Source: Harriotta raleighana
Lineage: Eukaryota
Assembly: GCA_050575255.1 (NCBI GenBank)
Contig: JBNZDD010013589.1
Span: 1,206,374-1,270,373, forward strand
DNA: 64,000 nt
Direction: 5' to 3'
The position numbers were made by a program, and so were the translations under genes. This document shows, piece after piece, positions 52,501 through 64,000 of this stretch; positions within the stretch are counted from its first letter, which is position 1; each line of letters opens with the position of its first letter. The notes under the pieces are model-generated. The model had not been told where the DNA came from. It worked only from the letters and a program-made list of their open reading frames with translations, and did no database searches.

Positions 52501-53295
52501 AAACTGATTCTAAGCAGACGTGCCTGACAAAACTTTCAACATGCGCTTAAATCTAGCAAGTCATAAAAGCCTAAAGGAAGAGAGAGTGTGTTCTTAGCTG
52601 GATAAGTACTGTGCTGTTAGTTCACTGCACCATTTTCTACCCATCGGGTCTGTCGACAACATTAATCTTTGTTCTGCTGCTGGAGAGTAGTACAGTAACA
52701 TCAGTTAGCCAGCTCAAGTGAACGAATGTCCATCGAGACTCCTTTTCCCTTCGGATGTTGTGGCATGTCACTGGCCGTCTGCTCGATGTCAAAGTAGGAT
52801 GACAGTCATGCTTTTAGCATAACCAATATGATCCATTTGCTGCAAATATATTGAGAGCATCTGGAGTTTGTTACCTGAAATCATATCATCTGGTGTTATT
52901 TGTGATGGAAAATCCGACTATAATTCTGTGGCTAATAGAAGTCGCTGGGAACCCGCAGCGGGTCAGGGAGCATCTGTTGAGGGAGGAAAATGAGTTAACG
53001 TTCAGGTCGATGACCATTCAAATGGTGCAAACTCTCCCATTGAACAACAACTTGCATTTATATAGTGGCCCTCACGCAAGGTGGTGTCGCAGAGCACTTG
53101 ACAGTGGTGGGTGGAGCACAATGCCGTGTCTTGAAGATGGGGAAGGAGGGNAGCACAATGCCGTGACTTGAAGATGGGGAAGGAGGGGCCAACGTGTAGC
53201 GGTAGCGGTTTCAGAGTATCGGGACATGGTGGCTCAAAACATGGCCACTGATGATGGTGATTCTGTTCATGAACAAATAGAATCTGAAGATTGCC

Positions 53296-54748
53296 TTTAG
53301 AGCACTCACCTGCAAGCGAGAGACCTCGGTTCGATTCCAGGCAGGGTCAAACCTTGGGCAAGTTTCCTTACTCCACATGCTTGATAATAATCCTTCAAGA
53401 AAAAAAACACAGGAGGGTTAGGCGCCGCCGCCGCCGCTACCGTAACCACGATCACGATCGAAACCGCCGCTACCGAAGTTGCGAGTGGCGAGCGCAGGAT
53501 GCTGGGCTGCACCCCGTGCGTCTGCGGGGAGCTCAGAGGTCGGTCAGCTCCTTCCACCCGCCTCGGGAAATGCCGTCTGACTCCCACTCCCAGGCTGGGA
53601 GCAGGGGGCCGGCTCGGCCTGGCCTGGGCCGCGGATGGAGTTGGAGATAGAGTCGGGCTTGGACTGTGGCTGAGCCGGAACCGCACAAATCTGGCGACTC
53701 GACCCAAGGACCGGCAGCCATGGAGCTGGAGCGGCGGGGACACGGGCCTGTGCGGATGCCGGGTGTATGCGGTGGAGCAGGAGGAGGAGGAGNNNNNNNN
53801 NNNNNNNNNNNNNNNNNNNNNNNNNNNNNNNNNNNNNNNNNNNNNNNNNNNNNNNNNNNNNNNNNNNNNNNNNNNNNNNNNNNNNNNNNNNNNNNNNNNN
53901 NNNNNNNNNNNNNNNNNNNNNNNNNNNNNNNNNNNNNNNNNNNNNNNNNNNNNNNNNNNNNNNNNNNNNNNNNNNNNNNNNNNNNNNNNNNNNNNNNNNN
54001 NNNNNNNNNNNNNNNNNNNNNNNNNNNNNNNNNNNNNNNNNNNNNNNNNNNNNNNNNNNNNNNNNNNNNNNNNNNNNNNNNNNNNNNNNNNNNNNNNNNN
54101 NNNNNNNNNNNNNNNNNNNNNNNNNNNNNNNNNNNNNNNNNNNNNNNNNNNNNNNNNNNNNNNNNNNNNNNNNNNNNNNNNNNNNNNNNNNNNNNNNNNN
54201 NNNNNNNNNNNNNNNNNNNNNNNNNNNNCCCCCTTTCTTCCCTAGCCCCATTTCCGTGTGTGTTTGTGGGGACGCTGCTGTGCGCATTTTGGCTGCCGCG
54301 TTTCTCCCCAGATATACACCTGGTTTTCCTTCTCTCTTCCTCCTACCCCAACCCTTCCCCTTGCCCTCTTTCCCCCTTTCATCCCTGGCCCTCTCGCTTC
54401 CATGACTGTTTGTGGGACAATGCTGTGCGCAATTTGGCTGCCGCGTTTCGCCCACAAATATACAGTCAGTATTTTCCTGCTTTTCTTCCCCCGACCCCTC
54501 CCCCCACTTGACTGTACAGCGCCTTGGGACGTCCTCCTGACGTGAAAGGCGCTATATAAATACAATAAATAAATAAATAAATAATAAATTGGTCACTTTA
54601 ATCCACGAGTGTTTGTGGGATACTGCTGGGCGCAATTGGCTTTTGCGTTTCACCCCAAAATATCCAGTCAATTCACTTTACAGTGAAGAACTTTGAGACT
54701 TCTAGAAGTTATGAAAAGCGCTACATCAAATGCAAGGATTATTATTAT
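53296..54748 (+). mobile_element. tRNA-derived SINE split by a ~1.17 kb composite insertion (53411-54582)
   Basis: Head at 53296-53410; body resumes ATAATAAATTGGTCAC at 54581. Confidence 0.8.
53793..54228. other. Assembly gap
   Basis: Run of N. Confidence 1.
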
Positions 54749-55050
54749 TTTATTAAATCTGTTGTCGCTCCTGCAATATGCAAGTGAGCTTCGTATCCCA
54801 TAACTACTTGAATCAAATTGAACGTTGTATAACAGATGAATAGTGCGTTGTTATACAATCCGAACACACCATGGTGGCACTAAGGTGCCCACGCTGTTCT
54901 GAGTTCAACAAGCTGCAGTGTACCACGCCACTTGCAAGTCAAATTAGCCGCCCGCAGAAACTCTATTTAGGGCTCTCTATTCTGCATCAGTATTGACGGC
55001 AGATGACAGTCGCTGCAGGAAATGTTTCTCTTTGCATTTTTAAAAAGCTC

Positions 55051-55060
55051 CCTATTAAGG
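55051..55060. promoter_or_regulatory. CArG box (SRF-type motif) in a non-repetitive intronic block
   Basis: CCTATTAAGG fits CC(A/T)6GG; motif match only. Confidence 0.25.
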
Positions 55061-57837
55061 AGCAAGGTTCAGATAAAATCACCGGGACTATTATCCCCCC
55101 CTCCTCACCTGCCCCCCACCACCCGCCTCTGGTCACGGTTAGCTATTAGTTATGCATGCGGTGATGTGAGACTCCGGGACTCGTCAGTAATTGCTTGGTT
55201 GCGCTAAAGAAAAGAGGCAAGCGGGTCCATCATGCGGGCTGTCGGAGTCCATTCTTTCATGTAATCAATTTCGCAGCAGCAGATCACAGACCTGGATGTA
55301 TTGGATGCGATTGCTCAAGATCTTAATAGGCCTGCCTGCAATTATCAAGCAACAGAGATGCAACAAGGACTGTTAATAATAGGTTTGGCTGCAGGCATTT
55401 ATGTTGTGGATATGGGGGAGAGAGAGAAAGACTTAAAGGGTCAACTATAATGTTGCTGAGATCATTTAGAGGGTATGCAATAGCAAATGTGAAAGAAAAG
55501 GCTCCTGTTTCTCTCTTTTCCCCCTCCACTACCAATGTGAGATATAATTAATTTTACAAATCTTTAGCATTCAGTGAAATAATACAGGGCTTTTTTTAAA
55601 AAAAAAGTTGTACTTCCATTTGACTTGTTAGGAAGAATTTTAAATAAAAATACACACGATAATCACTCAAAAAAAATTGATCATTTCAATTCATGACTGT
55701 TTGTGGGACAATTGGCTGTCGTGTTTTCCTACAAAAATACAGCCAATTCACTTGACAGCAAATTCAAGTGAAGCACTTTGAGACATCTAGAAGACATGAA
55801 AAGCTCTATATCAAATGCAAGTATTATTATTAAAAATACACATTTAGAAAATGTTAAATATAACTTGGGAGATCTCCACTTCTTTCCTTGGCTGGTTTTG
55901 TGAAATAGGGTTATATTATTCATTCGCTTTTTATTTTAAATAATTCTGGTATTTGATTTAACGCCTTATCACATAGTTAATGTGCCTCAAAGTGATTCAC
56001 AGCATATAGTGTAAAGTGGGTTAACTTTATTTTGTGGGTGAAAAGGTCTGACCAATTTATTTTAGGGAATATTGCCAATCGACTAACAACCAGGTTCCCA
56101 CTTAATGCTAGGTCACCAGAGGTGCACATAATAAGGAAACTTGACTGACTTTTCACCCGAAAATTGACCCCTTGCTAGGTAAACCCACTAACATTACACT
56201 CCATGTCCTTAACTGGCTTGCAATTGCAATCTGTGACTTAAGCGAGCTTGAGATTCATCCATATATTCTCGATTAACTCTGTTAATAGCTCTTCAAATTA
56301 ACCAGACCTCCTGGGAATAGTCAATAGTCAATCATAGGCACCTCTTCTCACTTTCCCACCTTTGCTCATGGGCACTCAATTCACTGTGTGAGCATGTTTT
56401 ATACTTCTTGCTCCAGCGTTCATTATTTTATATTTATACACATTTAAAAGGCATCCACAGTTCTTCTGCTTTATCAGTCCAGGTCCTTCTTCCCTGCTGT
56501 CAGTGTTCCTTGCATTAATCATCTGCCTACATGTAGTTTACACCCCAAAGTTGTAAGTTCCTCCATAATGAGTATGAATATTCTAACGAGATACAAATGA
56601 CCTCTCCCCTTTATGCTGAAACACCAACTTAATTTGCCTGCCCACCCTCTTGGTTGGGTGAGTGGTGCGTGGGAGTGGAAAAAAAATCCAACATCAGTAG
56701 CAATAATTGTCTGTGAGATGTTGATTGTATAATGATGTTTGAAGCCTTGCAGATACCAGATTGTTTTGAATTGATTTAAGTCTGATTTTATTCCATAAAT
56801 TGAATTTGCCCATCCTTCGGTTTGTTCCTTGTGGCTGGTCATGAGGGAAGTAGCATTTTTTGGTGGGGGTTGAATTTGATTTCTCGAGCAACAATACACA
56901 ACGTTAGCAATGTAATGTTGATGCGAGATTCCGCAGTTCCAGTCTCTAAACAATTGCATCTGCCATTTAAAATAATTCTTCCCTGCTTGTGCAGACAATC
57001 GGTTCCAAAGAGTTATCGTATTCTGTCGATGCTCTTTATTTTCATTGAGTTTGCAATACTTTTTTGTTTTAACAATAAGTAGATTTGGATCCCGGGGGGA
57101 TGGATTAATGCGCGCAGTTAAAGCACAGGCAAGCACTGCTTGTTGTTGATGGATCTCTCTGTTGGTACTAATGCAACCCCATCAAGCTTACTGATTTGTG
57201 TCTGTCCTCTTTGTAGAATTACATGGGAGTGAGACAACCAATGAGAAATGTGAACAGCTCTCTTTTTTATAAGATGTTAACCTTAAGAACCCAGAACAAA
57301 TGAAATCTTCCTCTTCGTCTTTGATTTCTGGTCATTCTGGCTCCTGCCTCTTGCATGCCCATTTTACCCTCTGTTTCACATTCTTGCCTCGCTGATAGCC
57401 ATTAAGCCCTGAAATTGTAGAACGCTCATTAGTCTATTACCCTGCCTTGCCGCTTCCTTCCCCATCTGCAGAATAGATGCTGCAAAGTTCCCAAGATACA
57501 AATGAATAGATGCAAAGTTCCCAAGCCTTATCTGAAGCCCTACCATAAGAGTTTCCAACTAAAATATCAACGCACTCTTTAACAGAGCACTTTTTCTGCA
57601 CTTTGTTTGTGTTGGCATGTTTTCAAAAGTTAACTAATTGGCTGAAATCGCTGATCTTTTGCGCTTGGTTTAATGTCTCACCTGAAAGATAAACTAAGGG
57701 TCCAGTTGCCCATTCAGGTGGACATTATCTCTTGACTGAGAGAGAAGGGTATTTCTCCCTGTATCCTGGACCACAATCCCCTGGAGAAATGGTTGTTGAT
57801 AGGCTTGGTGTGTGCAGATTGGCTGCTGTGTTCAAGT

Positions 57838-58155
57838 GGAATCCTGTGGCTCAGTGGTTTGAGCACTCGCCTTACAAGCGAAATACCTGTGTTTCAAATC
57901 TAGGCAGGTCAGGGCGAAACCTTAGGCAACTTTCTTTACTCCACATGCCTAATAATAAATCGTCCCCCAAAAAACCTATAATAAATTAGTCATTTCAATC
58001 CACGACTATTTGTGGGATACTGCTGTGCACAATTGGCTGCTACGTTTTGCCCACAAATATACAGTCAATTCACTTTACAGTATATTCTGTGAAGCGCTTT
58101 GAGACGTCTAGTAGACAAGAAAAGCGCTCTATCAAAAGGCAAGTATTATTATATT
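57838..58155 (+). mobile_element. tRNA-derived SINE, full length
   Basis: ATCCTGTGGCTCAGTGGTTTGAGCACTCGCC head through family tail. Confidence 0.88.
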
Positions 58156-59446
58156 ATAACATGTTCACAGATACAGTCACTGCACTTTATGTAAAATTCT
58201 AAAGCAAAGCGTTTTATTATTTTTAGTTACTTCGTGGGCAAGAACATTTTTGAATGTTGTTCCTGCTGCTTTTTACTATCAATCTTTTCTTCTTTGGTGT
58301 CCAAGTTCAAATCGTGCCCTTCAAAAAATATTTTGCCCACTGATTCTTTTTACTCATTTCTTTGTTGGGCGGTAACTAAACTGGGGCCTCCCACCAATGC
58401 CACATCCACACTCTGGGACTTACTGTACCTGGAGTTACAGGAACAAGGTGACACTTTGTGACGCAGGGCTTTGGTGATGCTGTGCCAACACGCTCGCTGT
58501 CAGCCTGACCCTGAAGCTCACTGGTTGTATACCTAAGCTGATCATTTCATTATATTGTGCTACTTCAATGAGTTTTTAAAAAAAAACTAGATGGCAGCTC
58601 AGAATAAAGGAAATAATTATCACCATAGAAACTGATGGATCTGCATTATATCATGTGTAATCATACTGGCCTCCACACAAGGGAAAGGGAATAATCAGAT
58701 GACTGGAAAGCAGTTGATGATGAGCCTGAGAGGCACTGGAATTTGAATTGAACTCTCTTGATCACCAACAGAGAATGATTCAATCCGTTGGGGCATTTTG
58801 AAACGGTGACTGCCAAATAAGGATTTAGAACTGCCACATTGTGGACAGCAAAGCACCTCTTTGTATACTGGGAAATTGTAGAGCAACTCTAAAGCTGAAG
58901 CCTAATACCATATTCAGCTGTGGTGTCAATTGCTATATGAGCGTTATCTTGCCAGGGTGAGCAGCACTTGTTAAAAGTGTTAAAGATGTTTTATTTTACA
59001 GAAGATCAGATCAGCCTCGGATGTAACAATAGAACTTATAGAGCTGTAATTGCAATCTAAAAATGTCAGTGTTTTCTGAAAAGTGAAGGGCAAAGCACAT
59101 AAACATTTGCTCGCTGAAAGTAGACCATGGTCCATCTAGTTCACCTTCCACTTAAAGTCGCTCAATATGTCATATCCCAAGCTATATACTGCATCCTGAG
59201 ATATTATTTTCTAGCAGAAATCTATCTAATTTGTTCTTTAATCAAACAATACCTTTTGCTCCTACCTTCTCCCTCGGGTTCCATGCATTTACTGCTATAT
59301 AAATGTAATTTTGTTGTCGCTCGCTCACCAAAATAGTGATTTGTTGTGAATTAACATTCTTCAATCTGCCAGTTCTACAACACTACAAGCGGTTAATGCA
59401 TTTCTGATATAATTTTATTGAATGATTAGCCATTATTATCTTGACT

Positions 59447-60231
59447 TGGTGTGAGGAGCCATTCTAACTTCTCAGTGCTTTAATATCTGTCGCAATTCTA
59501 TTTTTCTGTTTCCGAATCAACCCCTCTTTTCAAATGTATTTACACAATAGTTTATTCTGTCTCTCCCTCCTTCGTTCGTTCAACTCGATCACTAAGCTGA
59601 ACTTTTCGACCCAAGTTTCAGCTAAGAATGTTGAAGTGTCGCTGTGAGAGGGGAAAAATTACATTTCAAATATTTAAAGAGAACAGAGAATTTTTTAAAA
59701 ATTGAATAAAAAGATATCAAAACACACCGAGTTCCTTAACCTCATTATCAGCACTCTGAGATACTATCCTGCGTGTAGGACTCTTAGTAATGCAACTTGT
59801 AGAAATATCTCTCGATTCTTCACAAGTAATTACTGTAAGTTGAGCAGCCTTTTTTGTAGACAAACACTTCGGCTATTTTGTGTACGACAATATCTACAAA
59901 TAGTCCAAAAAATGACTGGCTGCTTTAACTGCATGAATTTAGGCTGGGCAACAAGGCAAAACTCCCTTCTGTTTTCAGAAAGTGTCATGGGATCTCTAAA
60001 ACGTCCACCCAAAGAGCATTTTTTCCCTCTCACAGTGACACTTCAACATTCTTAGCTGAAACTTAGTCAAAAAGTTCAGCTTAGTGATTGAGTTGAATGA
60101 ACGAAAGAGGGAGAGAGGGAGAATATACTATTGTCTAAATACATTTGAAAAGAGGGGTTGATTCGGAAACAGTAAAATAGAATTGCGATAGATATTAAAG
60201 CACTGAGAAGTTAGAATGACTCCTCACACCA
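59447..60231. repeat. Long inverted repeat, ~210-bp arms (59447-59659 and 60018-60231), ~360-bp spacer
   Basis: TGGTGTGAGGAGCCATTCTAACTTCTCAGTGCTTTAATATCT... is the reverse complement of ...AGATATTAAAGCACTGAGAAGTTAGAATGACTCCTCACACCA along the whole arm, roughly 90% identical by eye. Confidence 0.95.
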
Positions 60232-60904
60232 TGACCTCCGTTTCACATCTCACTGGAAAAGACAGGCCAATCCGATAATGCATTGTTTACTCACTTGTGC
60301 ACTGGAGTGTCATCCTAGTATGATTTTTAAGTCCTAATGCAGGTTTTAAACATCAAGCGTTCTGACAGAGACGACCTTTGCCCTGCTGAATATATACAGC
60401 TCTCTGTGGTGAATGAGCATGTTTTGTTGTTTTTATTCCCGATTAGCATGCAGTTTGTTTGGAGGCACTGATGCTATCTGTTTCCAGCCTGTAATGCCAT
60501 ATGTCTTGTTATTATATCTTGTTTTGGTATTTCAGTTTCAGCATGACTTACCACCTCACACCCATGCACTGCATGTACAATTTACTGCAATCTGTTGGGG
60601 GGTGGGGGGAAGAGAAGGAATTGTCAGTGATGGCACAAAACTTTTGATTTTTTTCTGAGCTGACCCAGTTCATTAAGACTCGCAGTTTTACCCAAGGCAA
60701 ATCAATTGGTTTGTATTGCCAGAAAGTGGCTGCTGGAAAAATAATCACTTCAGCCTCAAGCTGCTCACCGGGTGGGAGATGGAGGGAAAGGCTTGTTTGT
60801 GTCTATGTGGTACTGATTGCTTCTGTTAGTACAGTGTGTGTATTTTTATTCTTGTTCCTTGATCACCCTGCCCTCACATTCCTATGTCCCAAAGGACATG
60901 TGGT

Positions 60905-60985
60905 TGTTCCAGCGCCTTGGGACGTCCTCCTGACGTGAAACGCGCTCTATAAGTGTAATTTTGTTGTTGTTGTTGTTGTTGTTGT
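60905..60985 (+). mobile_element. L2 3' tail with (GTT)n
   Basis: CAGCGCCTTGGGACGTCCTCCTGACGTGAAACGCGCTCTAT...(GTT)n. Confidence 0.8.
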
Positions 60986-62415
60986 TCTCTTCCCAGTCAC
61001 CCATAGCCTGGGCCCCAGAACAGGTCACCCTGCCTGTTCGAGCTCTTGGCTGCATGTGTAGTGTTTGATTCAGAAAACCAAGGGCTTGGATACCTGGCTT
61101 GGTACTTATCTAGGATACGTCTCACGGCAATGTACGAGATGTGGCTTTTTTCCCTTCCAACTTGAATAAACAACAAGATGAAGGCTATTCCGCTGGGTTG
61201 TTTAGGAGAGGAAGAGGCTGAATGGAATGATAGGTTTCTGCTTGTTCCTAAGGCAACTTTGGATCATTCCATTCTGGTCTTCAGCATTGATTAAGAATGA
61301 TTTAAAATGGATCATGATGAGATTAACAAGGGATTGGATATTGTTTTGCTCAGCTGTTTCCACTGTTGCCCCTGGATCAATTACTAATAAGTAATAATCC
61401 TTGCATTCAATGTAGTGCTTTATCAGGCCTTGTCATGTCTTTGAAGCGCTTACGGTTAAGTTTGAGCCCTACATTAGGACTTAAGTTTGTTGTTTACACT
61501 GATATTTTAGTACAGTGTGGGGATCACTGCATTATCTGGCCTTTGAATAAGTTGAGACAGTGAATTGAGTTCCTGCTAGCCTGTTCGGATGGATGTTAAC
61601 CATCTCAGGATATTCTTTGACTGTCCTAATCCTCTAGATAAACTTATCATTTCACGGCAGTTCATGGCTTGTACGTAAATTGGTTATTGAGTTTGTGTAC
61701 AATCATACAGTCAGTTCATTTCATAGCAATTACTAGAAACTTGCTCTCCATTACTGCATCCTCCAAACAACTCAGTTGATGACTTGCTGTGCTGCGACAA
61801 ATTTGGCAGTTTAGTGTAGCAGGGCAAAATATTGTAGAGCAGGTCTGTGGTGCATTCTGCAGATATAGTGTTTGTATTCTATATGTATGTTAATGGTTTT
61901 GTTTTCTTAGGACCTACGTTTTGCCTTGCCTCCTTCCAAGATGCAGCGTAGCTGTTTGCCCACAAAATTATATAGTCAATTCACTTTACAGCATAATCTA
62001 TGAAGCGCTTTGAGAAGATGTGATAAGGCACTTTTGCATTGGTATATTGCAGAGGTGACTCCATGAATGGGAGACTCTTGAGTGACGCACTGGGAAAGCA
62101 AAGCCTTTCTACTGATTCTACTGATTCTGGTTGCCAGGGTGTACAGTGTACAGCACGGTAACTATATTCAACGAATGTGAGAAAGATTTCTGATACTATT
62201 CTGCCAGTGTTGATTGGTATGACTGCTGTTCATTCTGGCTGCGTAACTTTTCACAGTGCAACTTGTTGCTAAGCCTCATTATTTGTGACCTACAAACGCC
62301 ACTCGTGGGCTTTCTCCAGTTTTCTAGTGAATTGATTTAATCATGAGGTGTGCTGCGCCTGTGCTGGTGGGTTAAGCGTTCAATTGAAACCCTATCTATA
62401 CCTGTACCTTTCCAG

Positions 62416-62589
62416 GTTATCCCCTGCCTATTACGCCCATCGGATCATCCAGTACCTCTCTCGTAGGGACAGCATTCGACAGCGCTCGATGCGATACCCG
62501 ACGAATCGAACGCGAGCCAGTTTGGAAAATTCAGCGAGCAGCCAGTCTCAGCCCATTGATAGCGCTGATATGGATTTTGATGATTTTGA
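62416..62589 (+). CDS. AMBRA1: AMBRA1 coding exon 8 (gene continues beyond window)
   Basis: [27 protein letters not shown]...DMDFDDF(E); acceptor TTTCCAG, donor GA|GTAAGT; 174 nt, phase 2-2. Confidence 0.96.
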
Positions 62590-63779
62590 GTAAGTACAGT
62601 TTGCATTTTTCATTCAATTCATGGCAGGACTGCAAGTGGTGGCTGACACTTAAACCCTCAAAGCAATAAATAACCCCTTGGCAGAGTTCCAAATGGGACG
62701 TACCACGACAGTGTCTAAGTAACAGAGGCTTGATCCATGTATCTCCCTCTGTCTCCTTCCTTTCCCCGACGATAAATCACTTGAACTAATGAATGGCAAT
62801 TGGCATCTAATTTGAGAATCCATCTTGCCTCTTTGCTAGTAATAATAATGATAATGCTAGGTGGTGAGATTTAACATAGCCTTTTACATCAAGAGCAGAG
62901 CTCTCCATTGCCTATGTTATGATCCTCCAGGGTCCTGAACAGCAAAAATGTACAAAAGAGACATATAGACAAGAAAGCTACAGGTTCAAATGGCAGTCTT
63001 GCTTTCCTATCCCTCCCCTATTCCCCCGGCGATGGCTAGTGGGGACCCTCTATTACATTTTCTGGTGTTTGAATGATAGCTAGCCCTCTGTTGCAGTTGC
63101 CTCAGTGATTCTCATGGCCAAGTAACTTGCTAATAACTGACTAATAATGCACACCCACAAATAATTCATCTGTGGGTGAAATTCTGCATCTCAGCAGGAG
63201 GAGGAAAAGATTCTAGCCCCCTTTGAGAGAAAAGTCGGTCGTTTGCCTAATACCTTTATCAGAAGTCCAGCTGTGGGGCTCAGTACTCTTTTCTGCTTAT
63301 GTCTTCACTGTTGTCAGGGCCAGGCTTCTAATGCTCTGTGATTGCTGTCTATGGAATACTGCTAGTTAGGGTGGAATGTTAGATTGACGGCTTGGATTTT
63401 CGTTTATTCCCTCAAGTTTAAGGGATCATTTCTGAGTTTACTGCCTGAAAATGTGGCTGGTTGTTCGATTCCTCGCATAGATAAAACAAGAGTCTATTGT
63501 GCTGCAAATTGTTAAATGATTCGCAGCTAACCTAACAATTGTTTATTCTGTAACTGATCTACAAAAGTAAACAATTTAAATGACTCACAAATAATGCCCT
63601 TTTCTCAATTCTTCACATAGTTTTAATGCTGAACCGCTGAGGTCTTTGTATGTGCTTGGCACTGTATCAGGCTTGTGTTGACATTTCAAGTGGTGCTTAA
63701 TTAGGTTTAGACTGGCGCCATACATGTGCTTGTGTGTGTGGTATTGCAAATGAGCATCTTGTTGAACTATGTATACACT

Positions 63780-64000
63780 TAGCAGCTTGGCTCAGTTAGT
63801 ATCTTAACGCTCTTTCAACTCTGGGAGGAAAAGTTGTGAATTTGAACCCAATGTTGGGACATTGGTCTGACTGTTAGAACTGCTGTTTAGATAAGATGTT
63901 AGATTGAGATCCCACCCGCCCGTTCTTCAAATGAATATTTGAGAGATTATATGAGCAAATAGCTGTGACGCTATTCATGCAGAAAAGGGATTTTTTTTCT
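63780..64000 (+). mobile_element. Degenerate DeuSINE 5' part
   Basis: TGGCTCAGTTAGT A-box-like head; GATAAGATGTTAGATTGAGATCCC Deu-like core. Confidence 0.45.

Noticed and set aside
53499-54511. Long ORFs (212-303 aa) on both strands, and similar ones at 28130-28464
   Set aside because: Open only because they cross N gaps and GC-rich or microsatellite repeat sequence.
56519-57136. 205-aa minus-strand ORF
   Set aside because: Non-ATG start, no domain, no convincing exon structure; TLWNRL resembles decayed LINE sequence.
1-64000. CRISPR arrays, prokaryotic systems, rRNA, snoRNA or miRNA genes
   Set aside because: Eukaryotic intron-exon locus; recurring motifs are dispersed SINE/LINE tails, and no RNA gene could be supported by eye.

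Overview
Vertebrate genomic DNA, most likely a cartilaginous fish (inferred from a repeat landscape resembling holocephalan genomes: a dominant tRNA-derived SINE with an L2-type tail, L2/CR1 LINE fragments, DeuSINEs and Penelope-like termini). The window holds the 5' part of AMBRA1 on the + strand. There is a CpG-rich promoter with a probable non-coding exon 1 (donor at 874), then eight coding exons: 12050-12184, 13473-13531, 16479-16662, 16758-16930, 19596-19662, 21943-23369, 44685-44771 and 62416-62589. All introns are GT-AG and the exons join into one open frame of 2306 nt (~768 aa); the gene continues past the window end. The introns are full of SINEs, L2 fragments (one 2.7 kb copy with EN and RT), pogo/Tigger-like MITEs and Penelope-like termini. 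No new protein-coding system is evident. The best leads are: two uORFs in the exon-2 leader, one possibly a conserved peptide uORF; Cys/His clusters and a duplicated LTFNxxTxxWER motif inside the 'disordered' region of AMBRA1; a ~210-bp inverted duplication inserted into a DeuSINE with one-sided CpG decay; repeated L2 insertions into SINE tail stem-loops; a GC-rich-headed composite L2-tailed element; and decayed hammerhead-like motifs. Comparisons with human AMBRA1 and repeat consensi are from memory, and repeat boundaries are approximate.
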